Origin: a virus
Length of the DNA stretch: 64,000 nt
Reading direction: 5' to 3' (one strand)
Virus record (IMG/VR): IMGVR_UViG_3300025577_000001
Span: 5,129-69,128 of that record
The notes under the pieces were generated by a model, which saw only the letters and a program-made list of their open reading frames with translations, was not told where the DNA came from and did no database searches. The first letter of the stretch is position 1. Every line of letters starts with the position of its first letter. The position numbers and the translations under genes were made by a program. Positions 56,379-64,000 of the stretch are shown one piece after another.

Positions 56379-57908
56379 CTAAACCGCTGACACATCTACA
56401 CGTCCAGCATTCGCGGCTGTCTGCACCTGGCCAATGCCAACGCGATAAGTGCCGACTAGCACCCGCTCTGACGCCGTCGACGGCACGGCGTACACTTCGA
56501 CCAATACATTGCCATTCTCTAGATTCTCTGCGCTATTGTTGGCGCGGCTCGCAATGACTTGATAAGCCTCAGCCGCCGTTGCCCCAAATAAAGCGCCCCC
56601 AATCCACATCTGGCGACAAACCGCGTTAGCCGTATCTTCAGCGCGGCTTAGAAATACATCTTGACCGTCAATGCTGCTAAATAATGCAAAGTCGTAGGCG
56701 CGGCGTAGCGTCCCATTAAGGACGTTCATAATTACACGCGTGACCGTGAATTTATAAAAGGCATCGGCTGATCGGGTTCGCATTCCCCAGACGCACACGC
56801 CTTTATTCTGCAAGTTGCGAATCAGGTTTATGTTGAGCGGATTCAGCACCTCTTGTTCTTGGTTGCTGAATCGATAGGTGACATCCTTCACGCCTTTCAA
56901 GGCATAGGACGCGCCCGCACCTGGCTGCTGATAGCCTTGCTCAGCGAAACGTCGTGTATGGATTGCCGCGACCGCCGCTGATGGCGGTACAACCTGATTG
57001 TCAATGTCTAGCAGATATGGCGCATAGTAAGCGCTATGACCCTGCGGCGATACATATTGCTCACCATCAGCCTTTGCCGTTGCAACGCTACCGATTTCAG
57101 GGCCGCAATCTAAAAGCGCTACCCAGTCGAACGAGTCTTGAGAGCATAGCGCCTCCATCGCGATAGCAACGCTAAGCCGATCGCTCGCTGACAAATATTG
57201 AAACGCCTCTGGCGCAATCAAAAAGCCCTGCGGAATATCGTCATCCTTGTCAAAGCTATTCTCGATCGCCGCAACATAATCGCTAGCCGTTAGCGACGCC
57301 GTCTCATCAACGATGGTGATATCGCCAGCCGCAGCCGTCACAGTCAGCGTGTAGCCAGCTTTATCAACGCGCAGCAATATCTCTCCATCTTCTACCGTCG
57401 CCGTCGCCGTCACAAATTCAGCGCCGTCTGACGCGTTGATTGCATTCTGCAATCCCGTCGCAATCTCATCGACAGTTTCGCCAGCCTCGGCGCTATAGGT
57501 CACGTCGTCCGAATAAGTGATCGGCGTCCCATTGAATTCGATCGCGTTCCCTTCCTCGTCGAACGCCGCGCCCGTCAGCGTGACAACATAATCGTCAGCC
57601 GCAGCCGCATCGATCGCCACCCTAACAGATGGCGAAACATAAGAACGTACAAAGTATAAAAGAGCACTTGGGTTGTTTCTGAACAGTAGTTTTACTGACG
57701 CTTCAGAGAGCGAGCCGCCAAATTGATTCGTAAAATCTGTTGGCCCTTGCGCCAGTGTAGGCGTGTTATACGGGCCGCTAGTCGCACCGCCAATCATGTA
57801 AATCGTCTGATGGGCTGCAATCTCTGTGACGCGATAGCCCGTAGTTTGCTCTACGACCTTGACGCCAGGCCGATTGAAATTGGCGAAAGCCGTTGTAATG
57901 CTAGGCAT
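56379..57908 (-). CDS. Tail sheath protein
   Basis: RPGVKVVE, AYYAPYL, VPPSAAVA, QEVLNPLNINLIR, VWGMRT, EVYAVP..ASE. Confidence 0.93.
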   Translation of the reverse strand: MPSITTAFANFNRPGVKVVEQTTGYRVTEIAAHQTIYMIGGATSGPYNTPTLAQGPTDFTNQFGGSLSEASVKLLFRNNPSALLYFVRSYVSPSVRVAIDAAAADDYVVTLTGAAFDEEGNAIEFNGTPITYSDDVTYSAEAGETVDEIATGLQNAINASDGAEFVTATATVEDGEILLRVDKAGYTLTVTAAAGDITIVDETASLTASDYVAAIENSFDKDDDIPQGFLIAPEAFQYLSASDRLSVAIAMEALCSQDSFDWVALLDCGPEIGSVATAKADGEQYVSPQGHSAYYAPYLLDIDNQVVPPSAAVAAIHTRRFAEQGYQQPGAGASYALKGVKDVTYRFSNQEQEVLNPLNINLIRNLQNKGVCVWGMRTRSADAFYKFTVTRVIMNVLNGTLRRAYDFALFSSIDGQDVFLSRAEDTANAVCRQMWIGGALFGATAAEAYQVIASRANNSAENLENGNVLVEVYAVPSTASERVLVGTYRVGIGQVQTAANAGRVDVSAV

Positions 57909-57923
57909 TGGTTCGATTACCTC

Positions 57924-58550
57924 TTAAGGGTTAGGGGTGATGGTTGACAGCAGATTGGCGTCTAGCGTGTTGTCTTCAATAGCCGCCGCGTCAGCGCGAT
58001 AGGTCGATATACTAATGCGCTCAATCTGCGCCGATGGGTCAGGATCGGCAGCAGGCGCATAGTCTGGATGGACGTTGACCGCTGTCACAGCAAACTCCAC
58101 GACAAATGAAAAGTAAGCCGAAATCAGCCAGTCATCCTGATCAGTCCCATCGCGCGCAATATTGACCGGCACCTCTTCCTGTTCCATCGAAACATCACTG
58201 ATGGCACTACAGCCTGAGAGGTCCATCAAGGCCGCTACGTGCAAGTACTCGACTAATGACTCAATGTCGCGATAAGGGAGGCGTTCAAGAGGCGTCTGAG
58301 AGGCATAGCGATAGACTAGCGTATAGGGAAGGACTGCCTTACCGCGTGCTGAGTTCGATTCTGTGCGTTCGTATTCAAGGTCACGCACTGGGAACCCAAT
58401 GCAAGTATTCGCGGGTAAGGCGCGTTGGCTCGTCGGATGAGCGCTAAATAATTTCTTTGGTGGGTCGGCATTGAATTCGTCAATTCTGACTTTGCCGATC
58501 AGCCAGGCTTCGATGCTCAGTCTGACAGCTTCTAAATTTTTGTCGCTCAA
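57924..58550 (-). CDS. Tail/sheath terminator-like protein
   Basis: Position immediately upstream of the sheath gene. Confidence 0.5.
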   Translation of the reverse strand: MSDKNLEAVRLSIEAWLIGKVRIDEFNADPPKKLFSAHPTSQRALPANTCIGFPVRDLEYERTESNSARGKAVLPYTLVYRYASQTPLERLPYRDIESLVEYLHVAALMDLSGCSAISDVSMEQEEVPVNIARDGTDQDDWLISAYFSFVVEFAVTAVNVHPDYAPAADPDPSAQIERISISTYRADAAAIEDNTLDANLLSTITPNP

Positions 58551-58579
58551 TTTCTATTGCCTCTATTTTTTGCCGCCGC

Positions 58580-58762
58580 GCGCCCTGATAAACGAGTCTC
58601 AAAGGCAGGGTTTTATGGACGGCTAAAAAGACAACAGATTCGTCTATATATCTATTATAAGGATCTGTTGTCTTTTTTATTTGTTGTCTTTTTGCCCTCA
58701 AACCCATACACGATAAGCCTTGTAGACATCGAAGGCGTAAAATCGCGATCTGTTGTCTTTTA
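58580..58762. repeat. Dispersed origin-like element, copy 6
   Basis: CGCCCTGATAAACG flank shared with the rep-internal copy, four boxes and AT core. Confidence 0.9.
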
Positions 58763-58791
58763 AACGATCGGCGCGCTGAAATTGATCGGAC

Positions 58792-59283
58792 TTATCGTGA
58801 ATTTTGGTCGCGCGCCTTGCGAATAATTAGACGCCATTCGCAGCAGTCGCGATCGTCAATATGGATGATCGTGTACTCAGTCGCGGGGTGAGATAGATTC
58901 CTCAGCGCATCGTCATAGACAACCTCACCCGTCGCATCGAATTCGACGCCCAGCCATAGATGAGCGCGTTTGCTATCGTCACGCACGAATGTATCAAAAG
59001 GTACTGAGCGCGATATCCGTAGCTCTTTATCATTTGCTGATACGTAAACGCTAATGGCGCTAGCCGTGCCGCCGCCGACGTCTAACCCGGTCAGCTTTGG
59101 CGACACGTTTGTGACGCGCGGCGGCGGGTCATTTAGCAATGTGTCTTCAATCACTGGCTGAAAGGTGCCGGGCGTCAGCGACAGATGGCGCACTAGGACT
59201 GGGCAATAGTGTGGATGGCCAAGTGCCGCATCCTTTCGATGCGCTCTATCTGTAACGGCATTGATGCGATCGTATAGGCTCAT
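58792..59283 (-). CDS. Neck / head-closure-like protein
   Basis: Synteny within the neck cluster. Confidence 0.5.
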   Translation of the reverse strand: MSLYDRINAVTDRAHRKDAALGHPHYCPVLVRHLSLTPGTFQPVIEDTLLNDPPPRVTNVSPKLTGLDVGGGTASAISVYVSANDKELRISRSVPFDTFVRDDSKRAHLWLGVEFDATGEVVYDDALRNLSHPATEYTIIHIDDRDCCEWRLIIRKARDQNSR

Positions 59284-59348
59284 AGTTGGGCGCAATAGGA
59301 AAGCCCAGCCGTCTAACGGCTGGGCTTTGTGGTGGCTTATCGTGTGGC

Positions 59349-59528
59349 TTATCGCTCTTGAGGGAGGCTGGTGAAGTAGTGCATTAGGTCGGTGCCCTGC
59401 TTTGCGGCTAGCTCCTTGATGCGCTTCTCCTCTCGATTGACCTCCATAGTGTTAGTGCTCAAGACGCAGGCGCTAACCTCGGTGCGGTTGTTGCTGCGGT
59501 TGATGAAGCTAGTGAATGTGTATTGCAT
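59349..59528 (-). CDS. 59-aa moron peptide with its own promoter and terminator
   Basis: TTTACA-18nt-TATAAT, GAGG RBS, MQYTFTSFINRSNNRTEVSAC..., hairpin at 59300-59328. Confidence 0.65.
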   Translation of the reverse strand: MQYTFTSFINRSNNRTEVSACVLSTNTMEVNREEKRIKELAAKQGTDLMHYFTSLPQER

Positions 59529-59597
59529 GTGAAGTGCCTCGTGAGTACCCCTCTATTATAACCACCTATTCGCCTGAATGTAAATAGGTTTTATAGT

Positions 59598-59927
59598 TTA
59601 ATTCAAGTCTTTCTCTAGTGCGTCGCCAATGTTTTTGATTAACTCTTTTTCGAGTCTAGGTATCTCACGGCTGATGGTGCCATCACGGACAGCCCAGATA
59701 TTTGCATAAGGGACGTAGTTGTAGATATCTGACTCGTTCCAGTCTTCCACATGGATGTTCCATCCACGCCGCAGCCTGCCGGTATCAACGCGGCTATTCC
59801 GTTTAGCGGCGTTGCGCCCGTCCTTTGCTGTCATAAAAATGCCGTGGCGTACAGCGTTCTTCGTGGCAGGCCCTGGGTTGTCGAATAGGGGGCCAGTGAT
59901 GGTGTATCGAACTTGAAAATTAGACAT
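59598..59927 (-). CDS. HK97 gp10-like neck protein
   Basis: AKRNSRVDTGRLRRGW...IYNYVPYA. Confidence 0.82.
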   Translation of the reverse strand: MSNFQVRYTITGPLFDNPGPATKNAVRHGIFMTAKDGRNAAKRNSRVDTGRLRRGWNIHVEDWNESDIYNYVPYANIWAVRDGTISREIPRLEKELIKNIGDALEKDLN

Positions 59928-59982
59928 AAGCTGCGAGTGCCATCTATCCTTAAGTCGCCTTCAGATTTTGCCGCTATTGCCC

Positions 59983-60405
59983 TTACTGATAGTGGACGGT
60001 ATGGCGGCTTATCATTGGCGCGTACTTTGAATGTTCTAAGGGAATCTCGAATAGGCGCGATAGCTCAAGCAATAGCTGATGGCCTTCGCGCCTGAGCAGG
60101 GCGATCTGAGTTTTCCAATCCATTTCGCTATTGCACGTTTTCGTAATGGCCGCGTCGCCTATCGCGTCGGCGATATCTTTGTCTAGCTTGGTGAGAGCAA
60201 GTAGTATTTCGGTGACGCGGGTGCGTTGGTACAGGCTCATGCGTGCGTACTCAAACGCGTTGACGCGCAGCCCTTCCGTCACCGCCCGTGGGCGATAGCC
60301 AAGTAGCATGAAGATATAGCCCGTGTCTATAGCTTCGGCGGGCGTGATTGCACCGGGCATAGGCGCGGGCGTCGGGCTGATGTAATCAGGTAGAAACGGA
60401 CTCAT
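59983..60405 (-). CDS. Head-tail adaptor-like protein
   Basis: Helical 140-aa protein in the neck cluster. Confidence 0.5.
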   Translation of the reverse strand: MSPFLPDYISPTPAPMPGAITPAEAIDTGYIFMLLGYRPRAVTEGLRVNAFEYARMSLYQRTRVTEILLALTKLDKDIADAIGDAAITKTCNSEMDWKTQIALLRREGHQLLLELSRLFEIPLEHSKYAPMISRHTVHYQ

Positions 60406-60414
60406 GGTTGCGCC

Positions 60415-62124
60415 TTAGATATTGGCAATTCGTGTTTTCTTGACTGCGCCAACGACGCTCGGAATACCGTTAGCATCTGTTAGCTGATAGCGCCATGCGG
60501 GCGTGACGCCGTCAGCTTCGTAGATCGTGACTATTGCTGTTGTGACATCCAAGAAGGCGTCATTGCTAGCGTCTTTGCTGGCAATAGCCGCGTCAGCTTG
60601 AACACTTGCAATCAGGGTTGCAAGGTTCGTCAATGACGTGTCTATGCTGCTTAGATCTGTGACTGGCGTCACGGGCTTGTCTTCGATGCGAATTAGGCGC
60701 GGCGTGATTCCATTGTTGAGTGCATCGATCGCTTCGATGACTGGGGATAGATCAATGCTGACGTCTCCGGTCGCGGTAATAGTGGCAGTCTTCCAAGCGA
60801 TATCACCGCGTGTGATGATGGCTGATTGAGCCGTGCTGACTGCGTCTGTGACGGGCGTCAAGTCGGGCGCTGATTCTATGCCGTCTATGGCTGTCAATAC
60901 GGGCGACAGGTCGGCGATCGGCGTAACAGGCTTGTCGGCTATTGCCTGCAAGATTCCCGCGTTATCAGGCGCAACAGAGTTGAACCCGGTTGCCGTCGCC
61001 CAAGCTTCATTGCCGCGTGTGATGATAGCCGACTGAGAAGCGGTAATTGCGTCTGTGATAGGCGTCAAGTTTACATCTGGCGATGCTTCGTCAATGGCCG
61101 CAAGCACAGGCGCTAGATCGGTGACTGGTGTTACGGGTTTTGCGTCTATGGCATCCGTGATAACATCGCGCGCTGCTGTTAACTCAGATGTTTTGGCTAT
61201 TGCACTCAAATCGACCGTGCCGCCCGTGGGCGCATTAGCGAGTGCTTCAGCCGTAAAGGCATCACCCGTGCCATCAATAAGCCCGAACAAAGTCGTAAGC
61301 TGATCGGCTTGGCCACTCGTTAAGCCACCGCCCGTGCCGCCGCTGCCTGTTGGTGCGAACTGTAGTGCGGTGGAATTAAACGATAGGTCATCAGCCGTCA
61401 ATAGCACATCAAATTTATTGGCCAGTGCCGTGAGTGTTCCATTATCGGGCGCGACAGTATTGAACCCGGTTGCTGTCGCCCAGGCGCTATCGCCACGCGC
61501 GATGATAGCTGATTGCGCTGCTGTGATGTTTGCCGCTGTCGCTCCAGTTGCCCAGCGCGCATCGCCAGCCGTAATCACCGAAGTGACATTGGCGGGCGTA
61601 GCGTACCCAGTCGCCTTGAACGTGGCAGCGTTGGCAGTCGTTGCGACAGTGTCTAGCTTTGTTGCTCTGGCATCGCTAAGCCGCGTCAGCAAAGTGCCGA
61701 TGCCGGTATTATCTGGAGCAACACTATTGAACCCGGTTGCTGTGGCCCAGGCACTATCGCCGCGTGTGATTACAGCGTCTTTTGCAGACTCTACGACTGT
61801 TGTGATGTCAGTCAGCGTCGCGCCACCGCCTGCGCTTACATTGGCGATCGCATCAGCTAGCACCGCTGCTGTTATCTCTTTTGTTCCATCCCATAAATAC
61901 TCGTCGTCGCCATCGCTATCAACGACAACACCGCCCGCTGTAAACTCTACTATGTAGCGGCCTGCGGCTAAGCCTGTTGGGAGCGCTGAATAGAATAGCG
62001 TGGGGACAGATTCTATAGAGATGTTTGGCAATGTCACGGTTTGCGCCAGTGCCAAAGTGAGCGGGTTTCTCAGTAGTGCGCTAACTGCCAAGCCAGTGCT
62101 TTTAGCTTTAAATACAATCGTCAT
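60415..62124 (-). CDS. Repetitive virion (fibre/decoration-like) protein
   Basis: Repeats of (A/V)ITRGD.AWATATGFN.VAPDN and DKPVTPVTDLSPVL.AID. Confidence 0.65.
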   Translation of the reverse strand: MTIVFKAKSTGLAVSALLRNPLTLALAQTVTLPNISIESVPTLFYSALPTGLAAGRYIVEFTAGGVVVDSDGDDEYLWDGTKEITAAVLADAIANVSAGGGATLTDITTVVESAKDAVITRGDSAWATATGFNSVAPDNTGIGTLLTRLSDARATKLDTVATTANAATFKATGYATPANVTSVITAGDARWATGATAANITAAQSAIIARGDSAWATATGFNTVAPDNGTLTALANKFDVLLTADDLSFNSTALQFAPTGSGGTGGGLTSGQADQLTTLFGLIDGTGDAFTAEALANAPTGGTVDLSAIAKTSELTAARDVITDAIDAKPVTPVTDLAPVLAAIDEASPDVNLTPITDAITASQSAIITRGNEAWATATGFNSVAPDNAGILQAIADKPVTPIADLSPVLTAIDGIESAPDLTPVTDAVSTAQSAIITRGDIAWKTATITATGDVSIDLSPVIEAIDALNNGITPRLIRIEDKPVTPVTDLSSIDTSLTNLATLIASVQADAAIASKDASNDAFLDVTTAIVTIYEADGVTPAWRYQLTDANGIPSVVGAVKKTRIANI

Positions 62125-62252
62125 TCTGTTCCTTCAAAAAGTCGGTTAAACAGCCAGTCCACATGTAAGCGCTGAACAATAAAAAGCCCGCCAAGGAAAT
62201 GACGGGCGCAACGATAAAGAGCAAGAGCCATGAGACGGTGCTCGTCGCTAGG

Positions 62253-62594
62253 TCAGTTGTCGGGCAAGTGAGTGCCGAGTGTTCCGCTAGCCTTTCGCCT
62301 GTTTTTCCTATCTTCGAGAATGGCGATCGCGGCTCGAACATGTTTTAACGCCTCCTCGTTTTCTTTACAAGAAAATTTACTGAGTTGGTAATAATTTATT
62401 TGATGCTCGATGATGCGCAAGACCGTTAGGGTTGGAGCACCATTCTGGTTCTCAGATAGCGCCCCTTCGATCGGCCCGCGCTGCCATGCGATACAAACGC
62501 CAGGAGCAAAGCTCTGCCCGCCTTGGTGATTGCCGTCTTCATCAGTCCAATTCTGCGCAGTAAATTTTGTATCGTCAATCTTGGCTTTAGTCAT
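62253..62594 (-). CDS. tad1: Tad1/Acb2-family anti-defence signal sponge (Tad1-like)
   Basis: IAWQRGP...QNG....VL.II..QI.YYQ.SKFSCKENEEALKHVRAAI..L..R...R...GTLGT parallels the Tad1 pattern FQKG...FQ..PFSSRENA.ALTH.EEA...RR...R..RNVLGT. Confidence 0.8.
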   Translation of the reverse strand: MTKAKIDDTKFTAQNWTDEDGNHQGGQSFAPGVCIAWQRGPIEGALSENQNGAPTLTVLRIIEHQINYYQLSKFSCKENEEALKHVRAAIAILEDRKNRRKASGTLGTHLPDN

Positions 62595-62695
62595 GGTGTT
62601 CGCCTTGCTAGAAAGAAAGGTGCTTAAGGTTTGACATTATCGAGAAACTTGGCATCTAGAAAAGGTGCCCGTCGCTAGGTCACCGCGCTGCCATG

Positions 62696-63388
62696 CTACC
62701 TATGCGTGTCGTCCTCTTCAGCAGCGATCGCAAATTCTCGGCTGTAGTCTGGCTTCACTAGTTTTGGCCGGTTCGTTAGCCATGTGGAAGGATCTATCGC
62801 TGCCTCTGAAGACGACAAAGTAGAGCGCCCTTTCAAGAACTCGTGCCGCGCCATCGTGTTGTGAGCATCGGCAAGCGCGTTGTGAAAGCCATCTGCTTGT
62901 TTCGGTAGCGCATCAGCCGGACAGCCAATCCTTTTCGCTTCCTGCTGTATGTCGTTTATATACATCGGAAATCCGTCTGGCAGGTCAATCATTTTGCCAA
63001 ACAACTGACAAAGCGCTACCCAGTCATAAGACCCATAGTCAGCCCAGATTTCAGGCTGTGGTGCTTCGGCTGGCAGATACCAACTCACGTTTGAGTTCGC
63101 ATCTGTCAATATCTTTGCACCAAGAAACTCCGCCACATCGTGCTTTATAAATTCCTTTGTTTTCCAAAAGGGATCGATGGGCAGCATTGGAATGTTTTTG
63201 TTAGGGCCTTTGAACTCAACACCCATTGGCTTAAGGACATTCTTTCTAACCCAGCTGTCAGCGGCATGGAAATCACAGGTTCGATTGCCTAAGTACAGCT
63301 CTCTACCATCCTCAGCAACAATGCCAACGCTAATAAGGTCAATAGTTGAGCCGTTTTCGATGAATTCAGTATCTAAGAAATATTTCAT
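62696..63388 (-). CDS. DEDDh 3'-5' exoribonuclease (Rv2179c/DUF5051-like)
   Basis: YFLDTEF, LISVGIVAEDGRE, YGSYDWV, HNALADA. Confidence 0.88.
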   Translation of the reverse strand: MKYFLDTEFIENGSTIDLISVGIVAEDGRELYLGNRTCDFHAADSWVRKNVLKPMGVEFKGPNKNIPMLPIDPFWKTKEFIKHDVAEFLGAKILTDANSNVSWYLPAEAPQPEIWADYGSYDWVALCQLFGKMIDLPDGFPMYINDIQQEAKRIGCPADALPKQADGFHNALADAHNTMARHEFLKGRSTLSSSEAAIDPSTWLTNRPKLVKPDYSREFAIAAEEDDTHR

Positions 63389-63525
63389 GGTGGTGTACTC
63401 TCGTATGGATGTCCTGAGACTAGCACCCTATCTAGCGAATAGTTTGAGTACGCATAGTGTCGGCAATGCTGAATAGAATAGCGAACTGCCAAGCCAGTGC
63501 TTTTAGCTTTAAATACAATCGTCAT
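63385..63525 (-). pseudogene. Chimeric remnant: 5' end of the 60415-62124 gene fused to the 3' end of the LamG-like gene
   Basis: Starts MTIVFKAKSTGLAV (identical) and ends LVSGHPYESTPP (cf. LVAGHPYESAPPT). Confidence 0.7.
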
Positions 63526-63661
63526 TTTGTTTCCTCAAAAGGTCGTCTATGCAGCCAATCCACATGTAAGCGCTAAACAATAAAAAACCCGTCAAGGAAA
63601 TGACGGGCGCAATAGCTAAAAAGAACAGCCATGATGCGGAAGTTTTTAGATAGCTAGCCAT
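63509..63661 (-). CDS. 50-aa single-TM protein (diverged copy at 62108-62250)
   Basis: MASYLKTSASWLFFLAIAPVISLTGFLLFSAYMWIGCIDDLLRKQNDDCI. Confidence 0.55.
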   Translation of the reverse strand: MASYLKTSASWLFFLAIAPVISLTGFLLFSAYMWIGCIDDLLRKQNDDCI

Positions 63662-63690
63662 AGTTTTGTGCGTGCGTTTTTGACGATGAT

Positions 63691-63999
63691 CTAAGTCGGT
63701 GGTGCACTCTCGTATGGATGGCCTGCCACCAGTGATGGCGTGCTGTACTTGTGCCGCAGATATCCTTCGGCGCGCTGCCGAAGTGCATTGTCAGAGCTGC
63801 CGAATACTAAAACGCTCTTTATTGCCCCATAAAAGAAATCTGTACTTGCGAAGTGTCCTATTACTGACTGCGGCTCATTCAGATTGATGAGAGTTGAGCT
63901 ATTCGCAGAGCTAACAAAAGTTTTGCTATTGCCGTTGATAAATGCGCTCGCTTGTCCGTACGTAGATCCGGCGGTTCTTCTGTAGCCTGCAATGTTGTA
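63691..63999 (-). CDS. LamG-like virion protein, 3' end only
   Basis: Manual translation ...FFYGAIKSVLVF...RQRAEGYLRHKY...AGHPYESAPPT. Confidence 0.65.
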   Translation of the reverse strand, partial: YNIAGYRRTAGSTYGQASAFINGNSKTFVSSANSSTLINLNEPQSVIGHFASTDFFYGAIKSVLVFGSSDNALRQRAEGYLRHKYSTPSLVAGHPYESAPPT

Positions 64000-64000
64000 A

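Noticed and set aside
58480-58763. ORFs sharing KKTTDPYNR with Rep
   Set aside because: They result from the non-coding dispersed element; no RBS or coding context
60415-62124. Nucleotide repeats as a CRISPR-like array or DGR template
   Set aside because: In-frame protein repeats with synonymous variation; no reverse transcriptase in the window
1-64000. Integrase/att sites, protelomerase, tRNA genes, major capsid protein, cas1/cas2
   Set aside because: None recognised here; the capsid gene probably lies outside the window, so absence of the others from the whole genome is not proven

Overview
This window is most of the genome of a contractile-tailed (myovirus-type) cyanophage that looks like a phage-plasmid. 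The cyanobacterial host is indicated by nblA, a DUF2227 gene, a CyRepA1-type Rep and frequent HIP1 GCGATCGC octamers. Left to right it holds: portal (partial), head morphogenesis and terminase genes; a DUF3854 primase/SF2-helicase replication initiator; two more helicases; a ParB-like protein; a three-gene membrane/ATPase module followed by a phased TCTAAC repeat array; a ParM/ParR/parC-like partition locus; and early genes (dcd, SSB, nblA, MTase, intein-containing thyX). A long minus-strand tail/baseplate/neck block follows, interrupted by promoter-driven inserts. No integrase, capsid, tRNA or cas1/cas2 gene is visible. Highlights: (1) a compact phage-borne type V CRISPR locus, with a ~555-aa RuvC-intact TnpB/C2c8 (V-U2)-like effector, a tracrRNA candidate, a leader and a 10-repeat/9-spacer array; (2) seven copies of an origin-like palindromic element about every 6.5-11.5 kb, one inside the rep gene and all oriented with local transcription; (3) a possible TraB/clt-like DNA-spreading module; (4) a tail hub-muramidase gene split by an antisense promoter-terminator cassette; (5) a Tad1-like anti-defence gene flanked by direct repeats. 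All family calls come from motif recognition by eye; no database searches were run.
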